A stretch of DNA of 64,000 nt, from positions 6,625 to 70,624 of the forward strand of contig JAVZGQ010000002.1 in the NCBI GenBank assembly GCA_038998585.1, given 5' to 3'. The position numbers and the translations under genes are program-made. The first letter of the stretch is position 1. The number at the start of each line of letters is the position of its first letter. Source of the DNA: Candidatus Aenigmatarchaeota archaeon (lineage in GTDB: Archaea; Aenigmatarchaeota; Aenigmatarchaeia; CG10238-14; SCSR01). Under the pieces are notes generated by a model, which saw only the letters and a list, made by a program, of their open reading frames with translations, searched no databases and was not told the DNA's origin. Of the stretch, positions 1-8,894 are shown in pieces.

Positions 1-76
1 GTTTATAACTTCCTTGACCGCTAGATGACGGGGCTATATTAAAAATAAATATTTCTCACATATAAAAAAATTTATT

Positions 77-298
77 TCATTTTACTAATTTAATTCCTTT
101 TTTTGTCACAAAATAACTACTTGAACCAAGTGGTGAGACTTTCGCCAAATAACCCTTTTCCTCTAAAGATCTAATTATGTTATCAAAAGTAGCGAGATCT
201 ACTCTATCCTCAACCAACTTGAAGAGCTCCTCTTTGCTCATCACGAGTCTTTTAGCAATTTCCAAAAGAACTTCTTTCTCTATCCCATCAAATTCCAT
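77..298 (-). CDS. small winged-helix-like DNA-binding protein (hypothetical)
   Basis: 73-aa ORF whose start abuts the stop of the upstream DJ-1 gene (299/298). It has a helical N-part and a C-terminal EEKGYLAKVSPLGSSSYFVTKKG wing-like hairpin. No specific family recognised. Confidence 0.45.
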   Translation of the reverse strand: MEFDGIEKEVLLEIAKRLVMSKEELFKLVEDRVDLATFDNIIRSLEEKGYLAKVSPLGSSSYFVTKKGIKLVK

Positions 299-832
299 TC
301 AAACCACCAACTGTTCCTTGAGCTCACTAGCTTTATCTTTCCCCAAAATTTTTTCAATTATAGCCAGAGCAAATTCTAGAGCAGTACCTGGGCCTTGAGA
401 TGTTATAATATTGGCATCCACCACGACCCTCTCATTCCTTGGATAAGGTAATTCTCTTTCCATGCCGGGATAAATTGTTGCTCTTTTATTGTCTAATAGA
501 TGATACTTTGCCAAGATTAGGGGAGCGGCACAGATTGCAGCTATCAGTTTTCCTTTTTCATCCATTTTTTCCAAGAATTCTTTTATCTTGCTTGATCTCA
601 AAAGATTATTAACTCCTTTTAAGCCTCCGGGTAAAATAATTCCATCATATTTTTCTAAATCGATTTCGTTAATCTTCTTATCAGCCATTATCTTTATATT
701 ATGGCTCCCGGTAACCCAGATCCCGGCTATACTAACTGTTTGAACCTCTATACCACCCCTTCTCAAAACATCAATCACAGTAATAGCTTCTATTTCCTCA
801 AAACCATCTGCAAGCAAAACAAGAATTTTCAT
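299..832 (-). CDS. DJ-1/PfpI (ThiJ) family protein
   Basis: 177 aa. MKILVLLADGFEEIEAITVIDVLRRGG and the nucleophile-elbow LIAAICAAPLILA with conserved Cys are family hallmarks. Confidence 0.85.
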   Translation of the reverse strand: MKILVLLADGFEEIEAITVIDVLRRGGIEVQTVSIAGIWVTGSHNIKIMADKKINEIDLEKYDGIILPGGLKGVNNLLRSSKIKEFLEKMDEKGKLIAAICAAPLILAKYHLLDNKRATIYPGMERELPYPRNERVVVDANIITSQGPGTALEFALAIIEKILGKDKASELKEQLVV

Positions 833-863
833 AAATTAATTTTTGTTTTCATTTTATTTATGT

Positions 864-1211
864 ATGGGAAAATTAAAACAAGTCATTTTGGTGAGGACCG
901 ACTTAAAGATGGGTAAAGGAAAAATCGCAGCTCAATGCTGTCATGCTGCAGTTGGTACTTTAGAGCTAGTTGACAGAGAAATTTTAAAGAAATGGGAAAA
1001 AGAAGGAAGTAAAAAAATTGTTCTCAAAGTTCGAAATGAGAAAGAATTGCTTGAAATATACAAAAAAACCAAGAAAGAGAAAATTCCTTGTTTCTTGGTC
1101 AAAGATGCCGGTTTGACTCAGCTTAAGTCTGGAACAATAACTGCTCTAGGAATTGGGCCTGATAAAGAGGAAAAAATTGACAAGATAACTGGAAAGTTTA
1201 AGTTGCTTTAG
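864..1211 (+). CDS. pth2: peptidyl-tRNA hydrolase, archaeal/eukaryotic type
   Basis: KQVILVRTDLKMGKGKIAAQCCHAAVG and VKDAGLTQL..GTITALGIGP match Pth2. I use ATG 864 rather than the track start 843. Confidence 0.85.
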   Translation: MGKLKQVILVRTDLKMGKGKIAAQCCHAAVGTLELVDREILKKWEKEGSKKIVLKVRNEKELLEIYKKTKKEKIPCFLVKDAGLTQLKSGTITALGIGPDKEEKIDKITGKFKLL

Positions 1212-1451
1212 GATGTACTCGAAAGTATAATCTCTTATCATCTATCAAAAATCTAATTTTAGCCCTTTGTAATCTCTGAACAAAAATTTTATTAAGAAAA
1301 ATGCTAAGGATATTTAATTAAATCCAGTAATGAAAATCAAATCTTTTCATAGAATAAAATCTTATCAAAAGAAACAAGTAAGGAAATTTTAAAAAACTTT
1401 AAAATATTTTTCATAAAAATACTTATGTCAAAATGTTAAATTAAGGATAGT

Positions 1452-2672
1452 ATGCAATTGGTGGATTTCATTTACTTAATAGTATATTCGATAATGATTT
1501 ACTGTTCAGTACTGTGGTTTACTGTATTTTTTAAAAATAGGAAGAACTTTTTTTTCAACCCTAAACCAAGTAAGTTTCCTTCAATAACTTTTTTGATTCC
1601 GGTTCATAATGGAGAAAAAAATATAGGAAAGTGTTTGAAATCTATTTTGAGATTAAATTATCCGAAAGATAAGTTAAAAATCATTGTAATAGATGATGGT
1701 TCTACAGACAAAACAGCAAAGATAGTCAACAAATTTAAACAAGTTAAGCTAATAAGACAGAAAAAATCTGGCAAAGCGGCGGCTTTAAACAATGGGCTTA
1801 GACATGTGAAAACTAAGCTTGTTGCTTGTATGGATGACGACTCTTTTCCTAAGAAAGATTTTCTTTTAAAAATGATTGGTCATATGGAAAATAGTGGTGT
1901 GGCTTCTGTTACTCCAGCAATAAAGGTTTTTAAACCTAAAACTTTAATGCAAAAAATTCAGTGGGTCGAATATTTATGGTCAATTTTCTTAAGAAAACTT
2001 TTCAATTTTTTTGATTGTCAATATGTAACTCCAGGTCCAGGGAGTATTTACAAAACTTCTGTTTTGAAAAAAATTGGTGGCTTTGATGAAAACAATCTGG
2101 CCGAAGACACAGAAATAGCTCTTAGGCTTGTTAAAAAAGGATATAGGATTGAAAACAGTGTTGACGCTTATGTGTATACACAAGCTCCTTCAAACTTTAA
2201 AAAACTCTTTAACCAAAGATTAAGATGGTATAGAGGTTATATACAAAATGTTTTCAAATATTTTGATATGGTTGCAAACCCTAAGTATGGAAATCTAGGT
2301 TTCTTTGTCCTACCAATAAATTTTGTTTGGATGTTCATCTTAGGATTTTTATTCTTTTCTCTTCTCTTCACTTTTACTTGGAATAGTGCAAAATATCTTA
2401 TAAATTGGTACCACATAAAGTTTGCCTTGATTCAACCTGAAATAAGGTTTGATATTTTTCTTGTAGACTTCTATACATACTTCTTTTTTCTGTTCTCAGT
2501 GATAAGCCTTTTTACATTATGGGCAAGTGTCGCCTTTTCGAGGGAAAATGTTCAGTTAAATAAAAAATTGAGCTTTTATTTGAGCTATGTCTTTATCTAT
2601 CCATTTCTTATATCTATTTTTTGGATTTCTTCCATAATATATGAATTAGTGGGAGTTAAGAGAAAATGGTGA
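1452..2672 (+). CDS. membrane-embedded family-2 glycosyltransferase, processive type (QxxRW)
   Basis: N-terminal TM, then a GT-A core (ITFLIPVHNGE, IIVIDDGSTDKT, CMDDDS), the motif QRLRWYRG and C-terminal TM helices, as in NodC/cellulose/chitin-synthase-like enzymes. Confidence 0.75.
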   Translation: MQLVDFIYLIVYSIMIYCSVLWFTVFFKNRKNFFFNPKPSKFPSITFLIPVHNGEKNIGKCLKSILRLNYPKDKLKIIVIDDGSTDKTAKIVNKFKQVKLIRQKKSGKAAALNNGLRHVKTKLVACMDDDSFPKKDFLLKMIGHMENSGVASVTPAIKVFKPKTLMQKIQWVEYLWSIFLRKLFNFFDCQYVTPGPGSIYKTSVLKKIGGFDENNLAEDTEIALRLVKKGYRIENSVDAYVYTQAPSNFKKLFNQRLRWYRGYIQNVFKYFDMVANPKYGNLGFFVLPINFVWMFILGFLFFSLLFTFTWNSAKYLINWYHIKFALIQPEIRFDIFLVDFYTYFFFLFSVISLFTLWASVAFSRENVQLNKKLSFYLSYVFIYPFLISIFWISSIIYELVGVKRKW

Positions 2673-3337
2673 AGAAAAAAATTGCTTGGGAGTTTTATAT
2701 CGTCTCTGCAGCTATAACACTTTTTATACTTTTCATGGGAATTTATACAGGATTTTTTTTAAGTAAAACAAAAATAAAAGAATTACAAGATGAGTTGACG
2801 AGCCTCAAGCTAAGGCAAGAAGATATGATTTTTGAGTTAACTCTACTCACAAGAGATAAAAATATTTCATGTTATTTACTTGGCAAAGCATTGGAAAAAA
2901 CTATGGAAGAAGCTGGCAAACTCGGTGATAGGGTATCTATTTATGAAATGAATGAAAAAATAAAATACAAAGATTTTCTCGATCTTAAAAAAGATTATAC
3001 ACTAGTGCTAATTAAATATTGGTTTTATGTAAAAGAAATAAAAGAAAGTTGCAACAGAAGTGATCTGGTTGACGTTCTTTATTTCTATTCAAACAAAAAT
3101 TGTAATGAGTGTTCACCACAAGGAACAATTTTAACCTATCTTAAAAAGAAATATTCTCAGAACCTAATGATTTTTGCTATAGATTATGATATTGACTTAA
3201 ATACAGTTCACATTCTTAAAAAAGTTTATAATATAGAAAAAGTTCCAAGTCTTGTGATAAATGAAGAAAAATATGAAGGTCTTGTGACGCTTGAAGAATT
3301 AAGTGAAATTCTTTGTTCCAAACACAAGCTTTGTTAA
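2666..3337 (+). CDS. membrane-anchored thioredoxin-fold protein with CxxC (CNEC)
   Basis: One N-terminal TM (AAITLFILFMGIYTGFFL), a coiled segment, then VLYFYSNKNCNECSPQG ... MIFAID ... KVPSLVINEEKYEG, which fits a Trx/glutaredoxin-like layout. Confidence 0.5.
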   Translation: MVKKKIAWEFYIVSAAITLFILFMGIYTGFFLSKTKIKELQDELTSLKLRQEDMIFELTLLTRDKNISCYLLGKALEKTMEEAGKLGDRVSIYEMNEKIKYKDFLDLKKDYTLVLIKYWFYVKEIKESCNRSDLVDVLYFYSNKNCNECSPQGTILTYLKKKYSQNLMIFAIDYDIDLNTVHILKKVYNIEKVPSLVINEEKYEGLVTLEELSEILCSKHKLC

Positions 3338-3933
3338 ATTTTTATATCCAGAGCAACCATTAAGAACTTGACTGTAGCTAAATCAAAATTTTTTAATTGC
3401 CCCATCGAGTTTCTAGCATTATTGCCTTGGATATAAATAACATGGTCTTCAATCTTTACCACAGTTTCATTTGAATAGATTGGATGGATTAAAGCGATTA
3501 TTGGATTATCTTTCGTTCCTCTAATATTTTCATAACTTGTTACATTAACAACATTGAAATTTGGTATGTAGGCAAATCTTAGCTTATAAGCTATTGCAAG
3601 CTTATTCACTATTTCGAAAACCTCTAACACATAGTGGGAATTGACATTATCCTCCCCAGGTTTGAAAACTATTGTTATGTTCTCTATAAACTGGTTCATG
3701 ATTTCTTCACGAACCAATTCTTCATTAGGATAAACCAAAACATCCTTTGCATCCCTTAAGTTGGCTCTAAAATTCATATTTACTCCAAGATAGTTTATGG
3801 AACGAATTGGAAAAGAAATATAAGGATAGAGTGTTATAGCTAATAAAGCAAGTAATAATAAAGAAGCCAAAACTATAGTTCTTCCTCTTGTTAAAGACAG
3901 CTTAACTTTCATAGAATTAGAATTGTTTTTCAA
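3334..3933 (-). CDS. membrane-anchored hypothetical protein
   Basis: 199-aa ORF with one N-terminal TM (IVLASLLLLALLAITLYPYI). Convergent with the preceding gene and lies in the S-layer neighbourhood. No family recognised. Confidence 0.4.
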   Translation of the reverse strand: MKNNSNSMKVKLSLTRGRTIVLASLLLLALLAITLYPYISFPIRSINYLGVNMNFRANLRDAKDVLVYPNEELVREEIMNQFIENITIVFKPGEDNVNSHYVLEVFEIVNKLAIAYKLRFAYIPNFNVVNVTSYENIRGTKDNPIIALIHPIYSNETVVKIEDHVIYIQGNNARNSMGQLKNFDLATVKFLMVALDIKI

Positions 3934-3984
3934 AAATAAAAAGAAGGGAGAAAGCAGTCAAAGCTTTCAGACAAGGTATCGGCC

Positions 3985-6195
3985 TTACATAGGCGTGATA
4001 CCTGCTGTTGTGGCTGCAGTGACCTTAACCGCACCAGCGGTCTGATCTTTTAGCAATGTATCATATAGCTGAATTACAGAGCAAGCTGTTCTTGTGTTAG
4101 CTGCTTCCCATCCTGCCACAACTATTGTGAATTTACCTGTAGCAGGATAGTCGTTGACTACCTTAATCATGGCAGCATTCTCTGGTATTGTTGAATCTGT
4201 TCCACAAGCTGGGAAGACTAGACCCAAAGCTGCGGCAGCCTCTCTGTTAACACATGGCCCACCAACCACGACAAGATTCTTGGTCTTGTCCGCAGAGCTG
4301 AGCTCAGTATCAAGTCTTGCCAATGGTGCTGTGACTGGAACATATTTCTTGTAAGTTTGTCCTTCTACCGCTGCTCCAGCCTTACCAATGTAGGCATTTA
4401 CATATAATGCCTCAGATGGTACTTTAATCACAACTCTCTGTGAACCAGAGTTGGAACCTGGTGAAACTACTATAGCTCCACTGTCTGTGACAACATCTTG
4501 GCTTGCTTTTCCTATTTTGTCATTAGCGTTATTATCACCGCTTGTTGCGGCAATAACATCTTCATCTTGTGCGCTTGTACTATCATATAGCTGGAATGTT
4601 GGCAAGCTTGCGCTTGTCCATGCTGTCCTGTTTCCATATGTCATGTTTACTATTATAGTCCCATCGGCTTTTGTTAGAACAGAATTCCTAATTATGTTAG
4701 CCTCTGATGCGTTAGCTTTAAAGCTCAATCTATGGACTTCACCTAATGCTGTTGCTCCACCATAGCTTATGTTAAAGGTAAAGGTGAAGTCACTTGATCC
4801 TCCTACTAATTGTTTTCTGTGTGTGTTATCATCCTTTAGCAATATCTTTTGTCTTACAGAATCGTAGAAAGCCGCACCTACATGGCTCTTGTTGAAGATG
4901 AAATAGGCTTTTGTGTATCCGCTACCGTCTGTGTCTATTATTGATCCCGCCACATCTGCAGTAATCTCAAATCCACTCCATGTTCCTCTTGAAATTGATG
5001 GAGTATCTGCATCGTACACGGTCTTCTCTGTGAACGGCTCGATTGTTATCTTAACGAACTTGTCTGTGTTAAATCCGACGAAACCCAACTCACCATAGTT
5101 ATTTGGAAGCTTTATCTTATCTCCAGCTACCAAATACTTTGTGTCTGTTGGCTTGTAGACAACCTGTATTTTATCTCCCTTATCTATAGCCCCACTATTA
5201 GAAAATCCGCTAACCTGAATACACCATTCACTCTCGCCTGGGAACTTTTTATCTTCTGCTCCTGTTGATGTCACATCACAACTTGTGGTGTAGGTCTTTT
5301 CAACCTGTCCGGTTGGACCGACCACAAGGTCTGTTCCTACTATTGTACCGTCTTGAAGTGCTCTTACTGCCATTATTTTAATTGTTATTCCTACTGCCAA
5401 ATCTTTCGATTCGTCTTTATTTATCACCTCGGTTGCAACTGTATTGTCATTCTTATCTTTGACTATCACTCTTGCCCATGAACCATCGGAACCTAAGTCA
5501 GAGTATACAGAATAGTCTCCATAAACTACTGGCACTGTAGATGTGGCTGTACCGACAGTACCCGACAACATCTTAACAGAGTTGCTACCAACACCTACTA
5601 TTATGAAAGGTTTGCCAAGTAGTTGTATTTTCACAGGATATGTATACTCTGGGCTATCTATTGTTCCCTTTCCTGTTGTTGCTGTTATGTTCAACAACTT
5701 GTTGAACACATATTCGTATTTAACCTGACCTGATTCAACTACGAGCTTTTCTGTGCCATTTATTTTGTCAGTATCAAAGTCATGGCTCATGTAAATGTTC
5801 CCATAAACTATTTGCTCGTAGTAATCATAATCTGTTCCTTTCCAAGTGATTGTTGACTGCTTCAATCCTGAGTAATGCATTGTCCTTATTGAAGCTGGGA
5901 ATACAGTTGACCACAACGAACTTAATCCTAAAGTTTTCTTCTGAATACCATCAACTGTTGCAGCTGTTCCTGGCACTGCAACCTCTTCTGTCGATAATCC
6001 TGCTAGAGTTACTGCTATGTCTGCTGCTCCTACAACATCCTCAGGCTTGGCAGCAGCACCGACTACTATTAGCCAGTTTTCTGCTGGTGTACCGAGTGAA
6101 GGTACGGCATCACCAACAGTTACTGCCAAAGCTGGATAGACTGCTGTAAGAGCGGTCAATGCAGCCATAAGGCCTGCAATCAATTTTTCTTTCAT
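3985..6195 (-). CDS. S-layer protein (MJ0822/Methanococcales-type)
   Basis: Signal peptide ending ALA/VTVG. N-terminal LIVVGAAAKPEDVVGAADIAVTLAG and C-terminal NLVVVGGPCVNREAAAALGL resemble S-layer family motifs. Thr/Gly/Val/Ala-rich with visibly higher G+C. GAGGT lies 8 nt before the ATG. Confidence 0.8.
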   Translation of the reverse strand: MKEKLIAGLMAALTALTAVYPALAVTVGDAVPSLGTPAENWLIVVGAAAKPEDVVGAADIAVTLAGLSTEEVAVPGTAATVDGIQKKTLGLSSLWSTVFPASIRTMHYSGLKQSTITWKGTDYDYYEQIVYGNIYMSHDFDTDKINGTEKLVVESGQVKYEYVFNKLLNITATTGKGTIDSPEYTYPVKIQLLGKPFIIVGVGSNSVKMLSGTVGTATSTVPVVYGDYSVYSDLGSDGSWARVIVKDKNDNTVATEVINKDESKDLAVGITIKIMAVRALQDGTIVGTDLVVGPTGQVEKTYTTSCDVTSTGAEDKKFPGESEWCIQVSGFSNSGAIDKGDKIQVVYKPTDTKYLVAGDKIKLPNNYGELGFVGFNTDKFVKITIEPFTEKTVYDADTPSISRGTWSGFEITADVAGSIIDTDGSGYTKAYFIFNKSHVGAAFYDSVRQKILLKDDNTHRKQLVGGSSDFTFTFNISYGGATALGEVHRLSFKANASEANIIRNSVLTKADGTIIVNMTYGNRTAWTSASLPTFQLYDSTSAQDEDVIAATSGDNNANDKIGKASQDVVTDSGAIVVSPGSNSGSQRVVIKVPSEALYVNAYIGKAGAAVEGQTYKKYVPVTAPLARLDTELSSADKTKNLVVVGGPCVNREAAAALGLVFPACGTDSTIPENAAMIKVVNDYPATGKFTIVVAGWEAANTRTACSVIQLYDTLLKDQTAGAVKVTAATTAGITPM

Positions 6196-6219
6196 ATTTT
6201 TACCTCAATTTTTCCTTTT

Positions 6220-6251
6220 CTGTTTAGTACAGCAAAAGCTATACTAAACAG
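6220..6251 (-). promoter_or_regulatory. 5' UTR stem-loop of the S-layer mRNA
   Basis: Perfect 10-bp inverted repeat ctgtttagta (6220-6229) / tactaaacag (6242-6251) with a 12-nt loop. It lies between an AT-rich TATA-like region (about 6285-6300) and the start codon at 6195. Confidence 0.5.
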
Positions 6252-6389
6252 TCTCGGGAATTTCTTAAATAGAATAAGGCTTTTATAGCTATAAATAAAT
6301 TTCTTGAAACAATTTACATGAAATTGAAACTGTTTCATCAAGCCCATCAAAATAGTATTTTATAACATTATAAAATTTATAATTGTTTC

Positions 6390-6440
6390 TAGAGTAAAAA
6401 TATGTCAAAAAATTAAAAAATAAAGATTATTTTTACTCTA
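6390..6440 (-). terminator. 13-bp perfect inverted repeat at the 3' end of the regulator gene, upstream of the S-layer promoter
   Basis: tagagtaaaaata (6390-6402) / tatttttactcta (6428-6440) with a 25-nt loop. It overlaps the stop codon at 6438-6440. Confidence 0.35.
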
Positions 6441-7343
6441 AAAAAACTTAAACCTTTTCTTCACAATTTTTAGCCTGTTTGTTCTTCCAAGCCTCTTAAT
6501 TTCTATAAGCCCACGCTCAGCCAAGCTTTTAACAACCCTTGAAACTTTTGCCTTTGACAAGTTTGTAGCCTGGACCACTTTTTTCTGATTAACTTCACCA
6601 CCAGCATCAATTATTGCATCTAAAACTTTTCTCTCAAATTCATCTAAAACAGAAAGAATTATTTTTTCAGACTTTCTGAAAAATCTAAAGTAGACTAAAA
6701 TTGAAGCGAAAATTGAAATGACAACCAAAATACTTAAATAAAATAAAGTTTGTGAGATATCGCTCTCCTTAATTTTTTCGTAAATTATCCTGAATCTTAG
6801 ATCTTGATCTCTAGAGACATTCAAAAGCTTCCAAGTTATAATATGATGCCTGCCATCACTAAGTATTGTCACATATTGAGGAAAAGAAAGCCTTTCTTTT
6901 ACATCCTCTCCAACCAAAGAAAATCCTTCTGGGAGCTTAACAGAAACAAAGATATTTGTTATTTCTCTACCAAAGTTAAAATTAGCATCGAAAATATAAT
7001 TCTTGTCAATAGCCTTAACAAAATCGCCTGTTTCAAAATTCAGCTCTATTGTTCTTTTCTCTTCTGTCAAGTTAAGCTTACACTTCAAAACACTTATGGC
7101 TCCTGAATTTAAACTGCAATCAATTGGCAAACCCATGCTGTTTGCATTCAACTTTTCCACTCTACCTATTAAACTTAAATCAAATTCTGATTCAGGCTGG
7201 AAGAAGGTTATGGTTAACTTGACCTTAGTTTCCCCCTTTTCGTCCACCACAGCATCAATCCCATAATATTGAATTTGAGCAATAACCGTGGAAGAAATCA
7301 AAGTCAAAACTAAAAAAAATGAAGCTATAGGTAAAATCCTCAC
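6438..7343 (-). CDS. transmembrane one-component regulator: extracytoplasmic domain + TM + C-terminal MarR/TrmB-like wHTH
   Basis: Signal or TM segment (ILPIASFFLVLTLISSTVIA), a ~190-aa outside domain, a TM (TLFYLSILVVISIFASILVYF), then LDEFERKVLDAIIDAGGEVNQKKVVQATNLSKAKVSRVVKSLAERGLIEIKRLGRTNRLKI. Confidence 0.6.
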   Translation of the reverse strand: MRILPIASFFLVLTLISSTVIAQIQYYGIDAVVDEKGETKVKLTITFFQPESEFDLSLIGRVEKLNANSMGLPIDCSLNSGAISVLKCKLNLTEEKRTIELNFETGDFVKAIDKNYIFDANFNFGREITNIFVSVKLPEGFSLVGEDVKERLSFPQYVTILSDGRHHIITWKLLNVSRDQDLRFRIIYEKIKESDISQTLFYLSILVVISIFASILVYFRFFRKSEKIILSVLDEFERKVLDAIIDAGGEVNQKKVVQATNLSKAKVSRVVKSLAERGLIEIKRLGRTNRLKIVKKRFKFF

Positions 7344-7378
7344 AAATAAAATGAGTTTTCCCGCTAATTTATATTTTC

Positions 7379-8377
7379 CTATTTTAGAACAAGGTTAATT
7401 TTAAGCCCACAATTAGGACATCTTCCATCAACAAGGTTTATCTTCTTTACAAAAAAGGCTTCCCTGATTATCAGGGGCTCTTGACAATTATAGCAGTAGG
7501 TGTTTTGGCCTGCATGTTTTGGCACATTACTTATATAGACAAACCTTAGTCCTGCTAATCTAGCCACATCAACGCATCTATCTAAAACAGCAATTGGAGT
7601 TGATGGTAGACCAGGGAATTTTGGGTTTGGATAAAACTGTAGCAGGTGAAACGGTATTTCTGAACCAAACTCGCTATTTATAAGCTCGGCGAGCCTTCTA
7701 CATTCATCAACATCATCACCTATTTGTGGTATTATCGTGTTTACGATTTCAATAAATATTCTATGCTTTTTCATTTGTTTAAGCGTATCTATAATTGGGG
7801 AAATATCTGAAATTAAACTGTATTGCGACATGAATTGTCTGGAACCTGAGGCTTTGAACCTCACGCTTGCGGCATCAAGATATTTTGCTATTTTCTTTAT
7901 AGCATCTTCTGTCACATAACCATTGGTTACAAAAATATTTTTTATATTGGCTCTGTGAGCATATTTTGCTATCTTAAAAATAAACTCAAAAGATATAGTC
8001 GGCTCAGTAAAAGAATAAGATATACTCTTACATCCTTTATTTTCTGCGGCTTCTATCACATCTTCTGCCGAAAGTCTATTAGCTTGCACATTTTCTAGAA
8101 AAAAATCATTTATGCAAAAATTCTCATTTAACTCACAGCCTGGGATTGAGACAAATAGGCTTTTAGATTTAGGTAAAAAATGGAACAAAAAGTTTTTTTC
8201 TATCCAATCTACGCTTAAATCTATAACTTTTTCGTAGTTAAGAGTGTAAAGCTTGTTGTTCTCATTTTTTCTGACCTGACAAAGACCGAGTTTTTCCTTA
8301 GAGATGAAACATCTTACATGACAAAGATCACAACGTATACCATTTCTTTCCTTGTGCCAAAGCATAGCTTCTTGCAT
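7379..8377 (-). CDS. radical-SAM-family protein (AmmeMemoRadiSam/PflA-like) with degenerate cluster motif
   Basis: N-terminal Cys cluster (CDLCHVRC...GLCQVR), C-terminal zinc-ribbon-like CYNC...CPNC and the core FTEPTISFE, VTNGY. The expected CxxxCxxC reads CELNENFC, i.e. the middle Cys is Glu (codon 8123-8125). Confidence 0.7.
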   Translation of the reverse strand: MQEAMLWHKERNGIRCDLCHVRCFISKEKLGLCQVRKNENNKLYTLNYEKVIDLSVDWIEKNFLFHFLPKSKSLFVSIPGCELNENFCINDFFLENVQANRLSAEDVIEAAENKGCKSISYSFTEPTISFEFIFKIAKYAHRANIKNIFVTNGYVTEDAIKKIAKYLDAASVRFKASGSRQFMSQYSLISDISPIIDTLKQMKKHRIFIEIVNTIIPQIGDDVDECRRLAELINSEFGSEIPFHLLQFYPNPKFPGLPSTPIAVLDRCVDVARLAGLRFVYISNVPKHAGQNTYCYNCQEPLIIREAFFVKKINLVDGRCPNCGLKINLVLK

Positions 8378-8439
8378 TTTATCTTCCTTTTTTAGATTTT
8401 ACAATATTATTATTGGTTATGTAAAGAAATATAGATTAA

Positions 8440-8522
8440 GCCCCAGTAGCTCAGTTGGTAGAGCGGCTACCTCGTAAGATCGGAAAAGTAGTAGGTCGAG
8501 GGTTCGAATCCCTCCTGGGGCT
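8440..8522 (+). tRNA. tRNA-Thr (anticodon CGU) with ~10-nt insertion in the anticodon loop
   Basis: Hand fold: GCCCCAG/CTGGGGC acceptor, GCTC-AGTTGGTA-GAGC D-arm, GCTAC/GTAGT anticodon stem, loop CTCGTA[AGATCGGAAA]A, GAGGG-TTCGAAT-CCCTC T-arm. Confidence 0.8.
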
Positions 8523-8894
8523 TTACATCATTGCCCTCAAATTATTAGGCTTATGATTAAATTAAATGGAGATATCGAAAACTCGAATTTCATAGACCAA
8601 AGAAATTTTAAGACTGTCGCATCTCCAGGACTATATAAACTAGTAAGATAACTCTAAAAAAGAGAAGTTTATTAGATTAGGGTATATTAGGTTTCAAAGA
8701 AGATTGTTGATATTCATCAGATCATTAAAACTCTATTTCCTGGATATAATTTGAATTTGAAGTTAAGGTAGAAAAGCCTATGTGGTCTAATATATTAGAA
8801 ACAATTATTAAAATAAATTACATAAATGTTGAGATAATTCAAACGGGCTTAAAAATTAAAATCTAGCCTGCAAAATAAAAATGAGGTGAAAAAA

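Noticed and set aside
4154-6149. Several plus-strand ORFs (4154-4354, 4451-4765, 4913-5098, 5543-5728, 5850-6149) lie inside the S-layer gene.
   Set aside because: They are antisense to a long, motif-supported gene. They stay open only because the region is GC-rich and stop-codon-poor, and their products are low-complexity Leu/Ser/Pro strings.
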